A stretch of DNA of 64,000 nt, taken from positions 11,256,729 through 11,320,728 of the forward strand of contig MU056216.1 of the NCBI GenBank assembly GCA_013239625.1, written 5' to 3'. The position numbers and the translations under genes are program-made. Below, piece after piece: positions 52,930 through 64,000 of this stretch; position 1 is the stretch's first letter, and each line of letters starts with the position of its first letter. This DNA is from Lama guanicoe. Taxonomy: Eukaryota. Under the pieces are notes generated by a model. The model was not told the origin of the DNA. It searched no databases and saw only the letters and a list, made by a program, of their open reading frames with translations.

Positions 52930-53560
52930 TGTATTGCCAAAATGCCAGAGAAATATAGGAAAAAGTGAACAGAAAAGAATAGCTTTATTGTGAGTAATGC
53001 CAGCCATTGCTAATCAGTGGAGAGGTATAGAAATATTTTCATGTGTGGTTTTTTTCCAACCAGGCAAACAATCAAGGCTAGTAAAGATATTTTCAGCCTT
53101 TTTTACATTGTTCGCTTGTTTGCACCATTGTGTTCACAATGTAGAATTTTCATTCCGCTGTTCTGCTTTAAGACTATATGTATGTCGTGTTTCAAAATTT
53201 GTCTTTGCAAGTATTATTTTAAGCCACTATGTTATTTTCTATCAAGTGGATGTACTATTGTTTTTTTAGACATTTTTTTGCTCTTGGTCTTTTAATTTGT
53301 TTCCAGTTTTTCCTTATTATAAACAATGCTGCAATGAACATCTTTGCACTTTAACTTCTTTTGATATCCAAACTCTCCAAAATGGAATTATTGAGACAAG
53401 TGATATGGCAATACACAAGTCTCTTGAAACATGTACCATTATTTTCCAAAAGAATTGTACCAAATTGTCTTCTCACCAGCATGGTGTCAAGTCTTTGGCA
53501 CTCAGGGTATGGTACCTCGTAGCTATTTACATCTGTAGTTCTTAGATTACGAGTGAAGCT
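52930..53560 (-). mobile_element. Ancient L1 (L1ME-like) fragment
   Basis: TTGTTTCCAGTTTTTCCTTATTATAAACAATGCTGCAATGAACATCTTTG motif. Confidence 0.6.
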
Positions 53561-53899
53561 AGCAGCTTTGCTGTGATGCTGCCGTTCAAATTTAGAGATT
53601 GTTTTTAGCAGAACGATCACCTATGGATGAGTCTGTGGCTCTGTTTGCAGTTAAAACAAGAGAATCGGGATCCTGCCATTCTGCATATGTTCCCTTTGGG
53701 GTGACTGCGCTTTGGTGACGTGAGCAGATTACAGGCTCAGTGACTCGTTTTTGGAGGTTCACGTCAGCCAGGCCCAGAGACTCTGATTCCAATTAACCAA
53801 ACTCACAACAGACTGAAAGTCAATTCTCCACCCCCAATACCCCCAGCCTTGGATTTTCTGTCAGCATACAAATGCCTGCAAGTTTCTTCCTCTTAAATG

Positions 53900-55970
53900 A
53901 AAAATTACTTTTGGAACATTTTTACATCCCATTTCTCTTTTTTAGCTGCTTTTCCGTCTCTCTCCTTCTCTCTACAGTCAAACTCCCTGAAAGGATCATC
54001 TACATTCCTGGCTTGCTGTTCACTCTTCAAGATTTTACAGCCTGACTTCTGCCCCATCACACCACTGAAACTGACCTTCCTGAATCCCCAGTGGCCTCCG
54101 TGTGGCCAAATCCAATAGATGCCTTCTGTCCTAATCTCACTAGATGACACTTGTCCCTGCAATTCTTTCCCTGTTTACCTTGTAAAGAAGTTGCACAGAC
54201 AATGAAAAGTGCAAAGGTTTTAGTTAAAAGCCCGACTCTGACACTTACTAGCCATCTCGTCTTCACCTCTCTGGTCCTCAACTTTCCCATCTCTAAAATG
54301 AGTGTAATACAGGCTGATGCAGAACAGCAACATGGTTCTGAGCTCAGACCTTGGTGCCGTATCATCTGGATTCCAGTCCAGTTCTAGCTCTCTGATCTCA
54401 AGCACATCACTCCTGTGCTGCCGTTTCCTTGTGTGTGCACGGTAGGGCTTTGTGAGGGTTTGACAAGGTATCGCAAAGTATTCCGAACAGTAAAGGCTCT
54501 TTAAGAGTTCGCGTTATGCCTACGACAGGGACATCTGTAAGGGCTGCATGAGATGCTGTCACAGCGTCCAGCACAGCGCCCGGCACACGGCAGGCCCTCA
54601 CTTCGCCGGAGCCAGCTCCCTGTCTTCTCCCTGTCCTCCTCTCACTTCTCAGCCTGCTCCTTTTCGTGAATCCCAGGGTTCTGTCCTTGGCCACCTTCTC
54701 TTTTCTTTTTGTTCAAACCCTTGGCTCCAAATTCTTGGCCCCATGTTAGCTGATGATTCCCGAATCTCTGGCTCCAGGCCCGACCTCTTTTTAGATTCCC
54801 AGACCAACATCCCAACGCCCTGCTGAAAGCTCCCTGTGGTTTTCCACTGGCACCTTTAACTCACCATCTTCCTCTCGCCTCCAGATGTGCTCCTTCCCCC
54901 CATTCCTCATTCCAGGAAACATCTCCATCATTCTGTTCAGAACTTGGGAGTCATCCCACTTCTCACTTCCTCCCTCCACCCCCACCCTCCTCTGCTGTCC
55001 CTCCGCCCAGTCCTCCCAGCCAACTGGCTGCCTCCCCTGCAGATTCTTCCACAAATCTCAGGAATCTCCTGCTTTCTTCTCACGCCTGCTGCTGCTCTTC
55101 ATTTGGTCCTCCACCTCTCTCTCCCTGGACCCTTGCATCAGCTGCCATGCCAGCCTCACCCGCCTCCGCCCCTCCTCCTCATGGTTTCTGGATGAATTGT
55201 GTCCACCCCACCCTCTAAATTTGTACACAGAAGTCCTAATCCCCCAGTACCAGAAAATATGATTGTATTTGAAGATAGGGCCTTTAAGGAGGTAATTAAA
55301 TTAAAACAAGGCCATCCTCCGATAGGACTGGTGTCCTTATAAGTAGAGGAAGAGACACCAGACAGTCTTGCACGGAAGGACGGTCACATGAGGACACAGA
55401 GAGAAAGCCGCATCCATGGGCCAGAGAGGCCTCGGGAGATACGTGAACTGCTGACCCTTGATCTTGGACTTCAGCCTCTGAGCGGTGAAAAAATAAATGT
55501 CTGTTTATTCAGCCCCCTAGTCCGTGGTATTTGGCATGGCAGCCCGAGCAGACAGAGATCCTGCCTCAGCCTCACGTCCACATCCTCTGCTCCAGGCTTG
55601 TGGGGCAGGCCTTGCTGCTCCCTGAGGCACAGAGAGACCTTCCCTCAGCGCTGTGCACGGGCTCCTCCTACGACACTGTACCCCTGCCAGTGTTACAGCG
55701 CCTTCAAGACTCACCCTTCAAGACACAGTTTACACCTCACCTCCTCGGGGCTCAGTCACTGCCCTCCCGCCTAATCCCCGGGACAGACGGCACCTGCTGT
55801 GTGTGCTTCCATCCAGGCAGTGTGCATTGATTTATTCGTCTGTCTCTCCCACTAAACCCATGAGAGGGAGAAAAAAAACTGTATCTGATGCTTTTTTTAT
55901 TCCTAGCGCAATGTGGTTTCACAGAATACATCCAAGTTATCTTTACTGAATGAATGAATCAATGAATGAA
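53900..55970 (+). mobile_element. L2 fragments interrupted by MIRs and an MLT1B
   Basis: GGCCAAATCCAAT...CCCAGGGTTCTGTCCTTGGCC...GGGAGTCATCC, ending in TGAATGAATGAA at about 55950. Confidence 0.65.
55182..55558 (+). mobile_element. MaLR solo LTR (MLT1B-like) nested in an L2
   Basis: TGAATTGTGTCC...GAAGTCCTAATCCCCCAGTACC...ACTGGTGTCCTTATAAG...AATAAATGTCTG...GGCAGCCCGAGCAGAC. Confidence 0.85.
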
Positions 55971-57749
55971 AGGCAGCATCGTGTCATGGATGTATAGAAA
56001 GTTCTTAGACTGGTACCTGACACATGATATGGACTATTGAGTGTTTGCTCAATAAATGGCAAAAATATACTGAGTATGTTCTGAATCACTTTTTCTGTGA
56101 CTGTATCTGTTGAAGTCTTAAGAAAGCTAAAGTAGGAACATATGGGAAAATAAAAGCCCAGATTTGCAGAGAGATTTAGCCATGCAAATCGGTTAGACTC
56201 ACGGTTATTGCACTGATTCCTGACAACTTTAGTCATGGCTGAACTGGAATGGAAAATTTTGCTTCCTCCCCTCTCTGCTGATCTCATCGGGCTCTGGCGG
56301 TGTTAATCTCTGAGTTCACTGCTTCTCTGAGTGCACTGTCTGCCCAGATAAACACTCCCTCTCCGCTGCAGCGTTCCCAGGCAAGGCCCGCCCGGTTGGT
56401 TCATCATGTTACGTTCTTTGGAGCTTTGGTTAAACCTCTTTAATTGCTGGCGGGGCACTGAGTGATGTGGGCCCAGAGGTGAATGTGGGCTAGGATGCTG
56501 CAGTGGCCGGAAGCATCTGGCACAAGGACAGCATCCAGAGGAAGCGCAGATGACCTGAGGCAGGAGCTGGCCCTGCTCCTGCACTCACTGACCCAGTCGT
56601 TCATTCACTCCACGAACATTGGTTAAGCCCCTTGGTCCTGGCGCGTTCTAGGGGGCGTGAGGGGGCGGGACGCAGACCTTCAGTCTCCACGGAATCAGTA
56701 GTCACCTCTGGTCTTAGACCCTGACCGGAATGGCCAAGGCGCAGACTTAGAGCTTGGACAGACCTGGGCGCAGATCCTGGTTCTCCCACTGGTGAGCTCT
56801 GCATGAGAACGGCTACACCAACAAGCCCAGAAGATGTGGGGATGGATGCCCTTAACCCTTCCCGTTTCTGCGAGGAGTGGGCAGGAGAGGAGTGTGTGCA
56901 AAGCCTTTGGCCCAGGCCCAGGCCCCAGAGCTTAGCAGCCTCATGCCGCCATCACTGTTGTTACTGAAGAGTCTCAGTGGCCCCACGCTGGGGCTGGTGA
57001 AGCCAACACAGGTTCAGAGACAGCAACCCCGCGTGTGTTCTCTCTTTCTAAACAATTTAATACCAGGAAACACTGTACTATTTCTAAGCCCCTTGGTATT
57101 TGTTACAATCTCAAGAGCCAAATGATTTGAGTCAGGAGAGAAAAATGAGAATTTTCCTCTTACTAAGATCCCCTGGGATTTTGAGAAAACACGGAGCAGA
57201 AACAGTAAAGATCTTGGCTACGCCGGGCTGACAGCGGTGGGAAGAGGGTCCCAAACGTCAGGCCTGTGGAATGCCGGGCCTGGCGCGGGAGTCCTTGCAG
57301 AAGGGAAAAAGGACAGGCACAGGATGCTCAGAAGGAAAAGAAATTTAGCAAACAAAACGTCACACATTTTGTGTCTTTGTGAGACTTTACCGTCACAGGC
57401 TTAGTGGGACGGGGGTTGGAAATCGGAACTGGCCCTTCATTAATCCTGTTTTGGCCTGTGAGTTCCCGAAACAGCAGATCAGCGGGGAGAATGAATATTT
57501 CCTCACCATTTCTGACAACTCTACAGCTTTGAAAAACGTGTTCTTCATTACCACTGAGTGATGTGTGTTAAGGGCAGAAAAATCAGAATACGTTGATCTG
57601 ATTTTTAAAAATTAATCAACAGACGTCTTCCCTCTACTGTTACCCCCACCCAGAGGTAAGCACTGAAGGTGGCTCAGTGTGGGCTCCCCAAGCCTTTCTT
57701 AACCGTGTAAAGTGAGTACACAAAACACACTTTTTCACCCAGTGTTAAA

Positions 57750-57935
57750 ACCAGGCACCTTGGAACCACAGGACTTGGATGGGAGTCCAGGCCCTGCACC
57801 TTCCCGCTGTGGGACATTAGGTAAGTGTGTCCCTCTTTCTGCCTCAGTTTCCTCATCTGTGAAGTGGATTTCTTTACAGCACCCACTTCACAAGGTTGTA
57901 GTGAGGATTAAATGGATTATTGCACCAAGACAGTG
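57750..57935 (+). mobile_element. MIR SINE
   Basis: Core TCTGCCTCAGTTTCCTCATCTGTGAAGTGG...GGTTGTAGTGAGGATTAAATG. Confidence 0.85.
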
Positions 57936-58019
57936 ACGGCACTGTTCCATGCTTGTGTGTGTGTTTTCATTAATATATACGTGCACTTTTGCCAAATAAA
58001 ATTACATCAAACTATTCAT

Positions 58020-58810
58020 GGTACTTGGTAGTCCTTTTTAAAATAATTACATATAACCCTATATTGTCAGTATTTTAAGTTATTTCTTATTTTTCACTAT
58101 TATGAAAAAAATTCTACCATTTACATTTTTTGCACTTGGATCTTTGGCAGCTTGTCCAATTACTTGCTTAAAATTCACCCCTAGAAACTGGATCTGGTGC
58201 TATGCTCTTTGTCAAGGATTTTGGTACATGATGCCCAATTGCTCTCCAAAAAGTTTTACCACTTTAAATTCCCAGCAGCACAGCATGTAGGTGACTTTTT
58301 CCCCCCAAATTCTTGCCAATACTGGATACTTTCAGTCTATTTCATTTTTTCCCCATCAGGTTGGGGAGTTTCATTTTTTTGATTTTTATTTATTTTGTTA
58401 CCAGAAAGGTTAAACATTTTTGTTTATGTTTATTGGACATTTTAATTGTTTCCACTGGGAATTTGCTATTTGTATCCCTTGTTAACATATGGATTCATCT
58501 TTACTTTATTGGATTGTAAGAGCTTTTTATATATTAAAGATTTTCCTTTTATTTTTAAATTTATCATCTACCTTTAGACTTTGTTAAATACCAAAGTCTA
58601 TCAAAGTATGTTTTTCACCATTCAGGAGTTAGGTGTGTGTGTGTGTTTTAAGGACTCAAATCCAGTAATATTTTCCACTATGACTTTTGTCCTGAAAGTC
58701 ATAGTTATAAAATCCTTCTCTATCACTACCCCTCGAATTATAACAATATTCTTGTTTATTTCCTTCTCAAATATTTATGATTTCACTTTTACATTTTAAA
58801 AATTGAGTTT
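58020..58810 (-). mobile_element. Ancient L1 (L1ME-like) fragment
   Basis: T-rich. TGCCCAATTGCTCTCCAAAAAGTTTTACCACTTTAAATTCCCAGCAGCA resembles antisense L1 ORF2 3' sequence. Confidence 0.6.
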
Positions 58811-61319
58811 ATATCAAGCTTAGTTTGCAACTTGTATCCAATATGTGCAGTTCCTCCTAGAGACTCAGCAATTCTTCAAAGTGATCGTTATCCAAGTTGG
58901 TTGATTTCTTTGAGTATTAAATATTCTCCTCCAAAAAGCGAAGATAATGATGTCTCCTCTGCTTGTTATATTGTGAAGATACATGTTTTGAAAGGTATTA
59001 AGTGATACAGCAGTTTACATGATTATCAGCAGATTCAACCTTGGGATGTGAAAGGCGTGAGACATAGACGTGCAAGGTTTGAGAATTTCTTCCAAGACCT
59101 TGAAGAGAAGTGAGAATCTTCGGTTCTAAGTTTCCCTGATTCTGAATGACCAATAAGCTTATTCAAAGTTCCTAAGCCCAGTGCAGGGAGGCATCTGGGA
59201 TTTTACAGCATAAAGGTATAGTTTAAGCATGTCAGTGACACTTTACACTTTTAGAGCATCACAGAATTGATTTTATATACTGTCAAAAACAAAATTCAAG
59301 TTCTGTAACTTAAAGAATTAGAAATGGTTAGTTATCAGGTATTTTCAGCTGAAAAAAAAAACATGAATTTCCTAAATTGCTTTGATTCTCTGTAAACCTC
59401 ATGCCAAATGTATTAGTATAATGCAAGACTGCCACTTCGGCTGCACAATATTTGCAACCTTTCACCGTGCTGTTTTCTCTAACCAGAACAGTGCAGATAA
59501 GGAACAGGTCAGAAGTGATTGGCAGGGCCGCCCCACTCCACATCAGTGCTCTAGGCTCTGTTCAGAGCTGCCTCCACCCACACCTTAGCCTCACACCCGG
59601 AGTGGGCCTGCTCCTAATCCATCACCTGAAGGGGCGGGGGTGGGAGCCAGCAGCCACCCATCAGCCTGCCTCCTCCTTGGTCCTTAACAGGAAAAAATCA
59701 GGCCATTGACAGCTGGTGTGGACTCAGCTTCAAAGACGAGAGACCTTACCCAAGGGGAAACATCACAAGTTTATGACTAAACAGTTGAGACACTGTTGTT
59801 AAGGGTTCTGAAAGGCTGCCGAGAACCTGCTGAATAATCCTCAGTCATCCATCTCTTTTACTGTTAGTTTGCTCAAAGTCCTGCAAGACAATATCAGAAA
59901 CATGAGACACTTCGAGTGGTATTCGAGGATGTGAACCAAAGCCTCCCTTGTTTTCTCAGATGAAAGTAGTAAGTTTAGCAGTAAGAGGAACATGAGGGCA
60001 ACGTTCCACCCTCATCATGCAGCCATGATTGAATTTTGAGGCTCTGAAAAGTACCAGGTGTTTTTCATTTGCTTTTTCCTTTCTGTGCTATTAGACATTT
60101 TCTGAAGATAAACTTTTTTTTTCTGATAAGAAAAGCAAGAAGTAAGTGCGACACTTTTTTAATGAGTCCAAGTTTGTCCCACTTATGTAAAAAGTACAAA
60201 CCAAGTAGCTACCATTTCCTAGGTGCCTGGAATACGCCGGGCATTTTACACGCATGTGTCTCACTGTTAAGGGACATGTTATCGCTGCTTTCCAGGTGAG
60301 GAAAGGACTGAGGATTAAGTGCGCGGCCTGAATTGTCAGAGGAAGGATTCAGACCTGGCTCAGCCTCGCTCGGGGGCATTTACAAATCTTCCCACTGCTC
60401 AGGTCTGACTTTCCCAAACTCCACCATCAAAATGCATCCAACGAGCAGCTCCCTTTTCTCTGCTCTCAGGCAAGACAGGAAAAGAGAAAACAAAACCTTG
60501 CTGCGTTTTTAAATCGTGAAGCTGTTTTCATCCGTCGATTCTGTGAATGTCATTCTCTGAGGTTTCTGAGGAGGGATAAGGATGTAAATTTCTTGGTTGT
60601 GTCTTTCTTCAGGTCTCCGTCCATCCCTGGGGATCACGGTTCACGCTCTTCTCCCAACCAGCTGGCTAGTGCCTCCTTCCCACAGGGCAGTCTTCCTTCC
60701 ACTTTCCTGTTAATCTAAAATCGGACAGAGTTTCAGATTTATATATTGCCTTCTCCCGTTAAGTATGGATTTCCGATCTACTGTGGTACATACTAAAATA
60801 GTAAAAGTCCATCTTGATGGCCCCCAGAGATTTGAATGAGCGGATCCCCTACCATCCTGTCAGAAGGAGACTCCGACAGCGAGGAGACAATAATTCAGGG
60901 TCTGTGAGGTGTTCGGCTGCACTGAACACAGGCAGCATACAGCCACGGACATGTTTTTCTGCTTAAGAGGTATTCATCCTCAAGTTCAGTGAGGTGGAAA
61001 CCATGGACACGTGCAACAGAAAAGAGAAAAATTCAAAACTCATGGATCCTCTCTAGCAAAACATTGCAGGACTTGAAATAATCTCTTAAAGGGTTGAAAC
61101 TTTTAAAAGAGCATAAGAATATTAAAGATTTCAACAATTTTCTCTCTCTCTTTTGCACTTTGTTGAGACAAAGAGTATTTAATTTGAACACTTAGTCTCA
61201 TGCCTAGTACATAGCAGGCATTTGGTAAAAATTTGTTGGAAAAAGGAATGAATAATTAATACAAAGCTTACTGCTCGTTTTACTATTTCAATTCTATTCT
61301 TCATTTTATTTCTCTTTTA

Positions 61320-61469
61320 AAAAGTTTTTTTAAATTCTTTTTATTTGGGCAGGGGAGGTAACTGTGTATATTTCTTTCTTTATTTATTTGAATGGTGGTA
61401 CTAGGAATTGAACCCATGACCTCATGCACGCTAAGCACGCACTCTACCACTGAGCTGTACCCTCCCCCC
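61320..61469 (-). mobile_element. tRNA-derived SINE (camelid Vic-1-like)
   Basis: Reverse complement of the same head (...GAATTGAACCC...CTCTACCACTGAGCTGTACCCTCCCCC) with a T-rich tail. Confidence 0.85.
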
Positions 61470-61739
61470 AATTTATTTCTTTATTCAGCATGTATTAATC
61501 CAGTTGACGACACTATAAAGGATGCTGAGAATACAGCATACTTCCTGTCCTCACGTAAGTTTTCTACTTATCCATCTGTTTAACCTTAGGGCAATGCCTT
61601 CCTGCTCCCTTTCTTCATGTAAGATGAGAGGAATTACAGCCTTTCTGAATATCCCTGTGGAGATGTTGTGAAAACCAAGGAGGATAAGATGATTTGTAAA
61701 CTGCTAAGTTGTATACTAATATGTCATAGATAAACTCTC

Positions 61740-62290
61740 TCACCTTGAATGCAAGTAATAGAAAGCTTCACTCAGAATGGTTTAAACCATCAAGGGAATT
61801 TGTTAGCTTAAGTAACTGAAAATGCTGGAGATAACACTGGCTTCACACAAGGCTTGATCCAGTAGCTCAACAATGTCACCACAAATCCAGTTTCTTTCTA
61901 GCTCTTTATTTTGCCCTTTTCGGTGTCAAATTCTAAGACTTACTCCCTTCAAGGTCCCCTGTAGCTTCTGGCAGCTCTCAGGCATGGTGCTTCCTCACTG
62001 TGGTCCAGGACAGAACAGAGAGCATCCCTGCCCAGCCTTTCCCCCCAAAACCTCAAGATTCATTCTGATTGGGCCTCCTTAGGTCACATGCCCACTTGGT
62101 AACCAATGTCTGTGTCCAGAGGAATGGAAGGCACTGATTGGCTTAACATAGACTACACGCCCCCAGTGCTGAAGATGGACCTGAAATCAGCTTCCCTGGA
62201 ACCTGATGGATCCCCCAGGAGAAAGTGATTAGCTGCTGGGAAGAGAATGAGGATGGAGGGGAATGGATGATGAATATGCAACCAACTAAC
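61740..62290 (-). mobile_element. MaLR LTR (MLT1K-like)
   Basis: TGCAAGTAATAGAAA...GGCTTGATCCAG...TCTGATTGGGCC...GGTCACATGCCCAC...AACCAAT. Confidence 0.65.
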
Positions 62291-62367
62291 TGCTCAAGTC
62301 GCTGAATTTGAAGCAATTGTCAACCAACAATGCTGCCTGAAATCCATTTTATAGTCCCAGGTGAACT

Positions 62368-62411
62368 AAAAAAACGAAAACAAAAACAAAAACAAAAACA
62401 AAACAAAAAAC
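62368..62411. repeat. (AAAAAC)n simple repeat
   Basis: Direct reading. Confidence 0.9.
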
Positions 62412-62871
62412 TGAACATTTGGGGAAATTAGAGGCATGAATTGACATTCTATGATGTATGTAAGGTCAGAGAAACATAAATAGGGTTCTAATAAATAAGA
62501 TAATTAACAGATTCATTGACATAATCACCATTTTACTCCAAATAATAGCCATATAGTTTAAGTGAATTTTTGACATTTATAAAATTATTAGGAAAAAAAT
62601 GAGTGTATGCCTGTCTGATAATAGATACTTCCAAAGATTTAAAAAATTTTTTCCTGTTTAAATATCTTATTCAAATCACTAGTCAGTTATGATGATTTCC
62701 CATTTCTTTAAAAAAATAAATAAGTAAAACCTATAAATAATTTATCTGAATGAGGCCAGGCCACCCCGAGGTCCGAGTTACCCAGTTATACACCCAGAGT
62801 TTCACGTAAAGCAGCTATAAAGAACCTCTTCCACAGGTGAAACTCACAGCCATTACATTCACTGCAGCCCA

Positions 62872-63590
62872 NNNNNNNNNNNNNNNNNNNNNNNNNNNNN
62901 NNNNNNNNNNNNNNNNNNNNNNNNNNNNNNNNNNNNNNNNNNNNNNNNNNNNNNNNNNNNNNNNNNNNNNNNNNNNNNNNNNNNNNNNNNNNNNNNNNNN
63001 NNNNNNNNNNNNNNNNNNNNNNNATACTGCTGTGACCATTGGTGTACAAATACTTGTTCGAGTTTCTACTNNNNNNNNNNNNNNNNNNNNNNNNNNNNNN
63101 NNNNNNNNNNNNNNNNNNNNNNNNNNNNNNNNNNNNNNNNNNNNNNNNNNNNNNNNNNNNNNNNNNNNNNNNNNNNNNNNNNNNNNNNNNNNNNNNNNNN
63201 NNNNNNNNNNNNNNNNNNNNNNNNNNNNNNNNNNNNNNNNNNNNNNNNNNNNNNNNNNNNNNNNNNNNNGGGTTTTGGGTTTTTTTAATAATAGCAGCCC
63301 TAATGGACAGGAAGTGGCATCTCATTGTGGTTTGGATTTGCATCTCCCTAATGATCAGTGATGTTGAACACCTTCTCATGTGCCTGTTGGGCCATTCATA
63401 TATCTTCTTGGGAGAAATGTCTATTCAAATCCTCTGCCCATTTTTCATTTGAGTGGTTTTCCTGTTATTACTGACTTGTAAGAGTTCTTCATATATGCTG
63501 GACACTAGTCTCTTGTTGGATATACGATTTGCAAATATTTTCTCTCACTTCATGGTTGTCTTTTCTGTTGATTGTGTCCTTTGACGCTCA
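62872..63590 (-). mobile_element. L1 ORF2 fragment with two N-runs
   Basis: Minus frame RRCSTSLIIREMQIQTTMRCH is a canonical L1 ORF2 C-terminal motif. N-runs at 62872-63023 and 63071-63269. Confidence 0.9.
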
Positions 63591-64000
63591 CGAACCCTCT
63601 CTTGTAGCACCAGGAACCCCCTCCCCACCTGCGTCTGGCCCCTCCTCCCAGATCCTTGCCCAGCCCCACAGGGTCAGCTGGTGTTGGGGGCGTCCTGGGC
63701 CCTGTGTCCTCCTGCCCCTCGGGGCGGGCTCTGCCCTGGTGGCGGGCTGGGGGTGGGGTGGCTGGTGCGTCAGCTCCCTGTGACTCCAGCCGCAGCAGTC
63801 CCGGCACGCTCTTAAAACACCTGAAGCTAAAGACCACATCCTACCAGGAGAATTTGCTGGCAGCTTTTTAAAAATACAGAAATGGATTGCGCACTTATTT
63901 CAGGGACAAAATTATTTTAAAGAAAAAGCTACCTGTATATTATGCAATCTAGGGATTGTAATAACTCCTTTGCCCCAGCCTGAGGGGAGGGGCTCTGCAG

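Noticed and set aside
62786-63452. Long ORFs spanning N-runs (also 8549-9038 and 21317-21551)
   Set aside because: Artefacts of translating Ns through degenerate L1 ORF2 fragments.

Overview
Mammalian genomic DNA, most likely camelid: it carries tRNA-derived SINEs of the Vic-1 type and artiodactyl-type L1 3' ends. Two complete protein-coding genes lie on the minus strand, in the order I recall for human 13q12. MEDAG (C13orf33) has 5 coding exons (49219->36090, 912 nt, 303 aa) and a CpG-island promoter. TEX26 (C13orf26) has 7 coding exons (29803->10325, 870 nt, 289 aa). All exon boundaries were read by hand: every intron is GT-AG and the phases join into uninterrupted ORFs. The rest is intron and intergenic sequence rich in L1, L2, MIR, MaLR/ERVL LTRs and hAT/mariner relics, with four N-runs that all fall inside L1 copies. 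I found no prokaryotic-type system, RNA gene or novel coding gene. The most notable items are a TSD-bounded L1 with both a 5' inversion and a 3' transduction in MEDAG intron 4, an L1/unknown-sequence chimeric retroposon upstream of MEDAG, one Mn-like microtubule-binding motif in each of TEX26 exons 2-6, and a small NRF1/E2F CpG island between the genes. Gene identities and repeat family names come from recalled sequences, not database searches.
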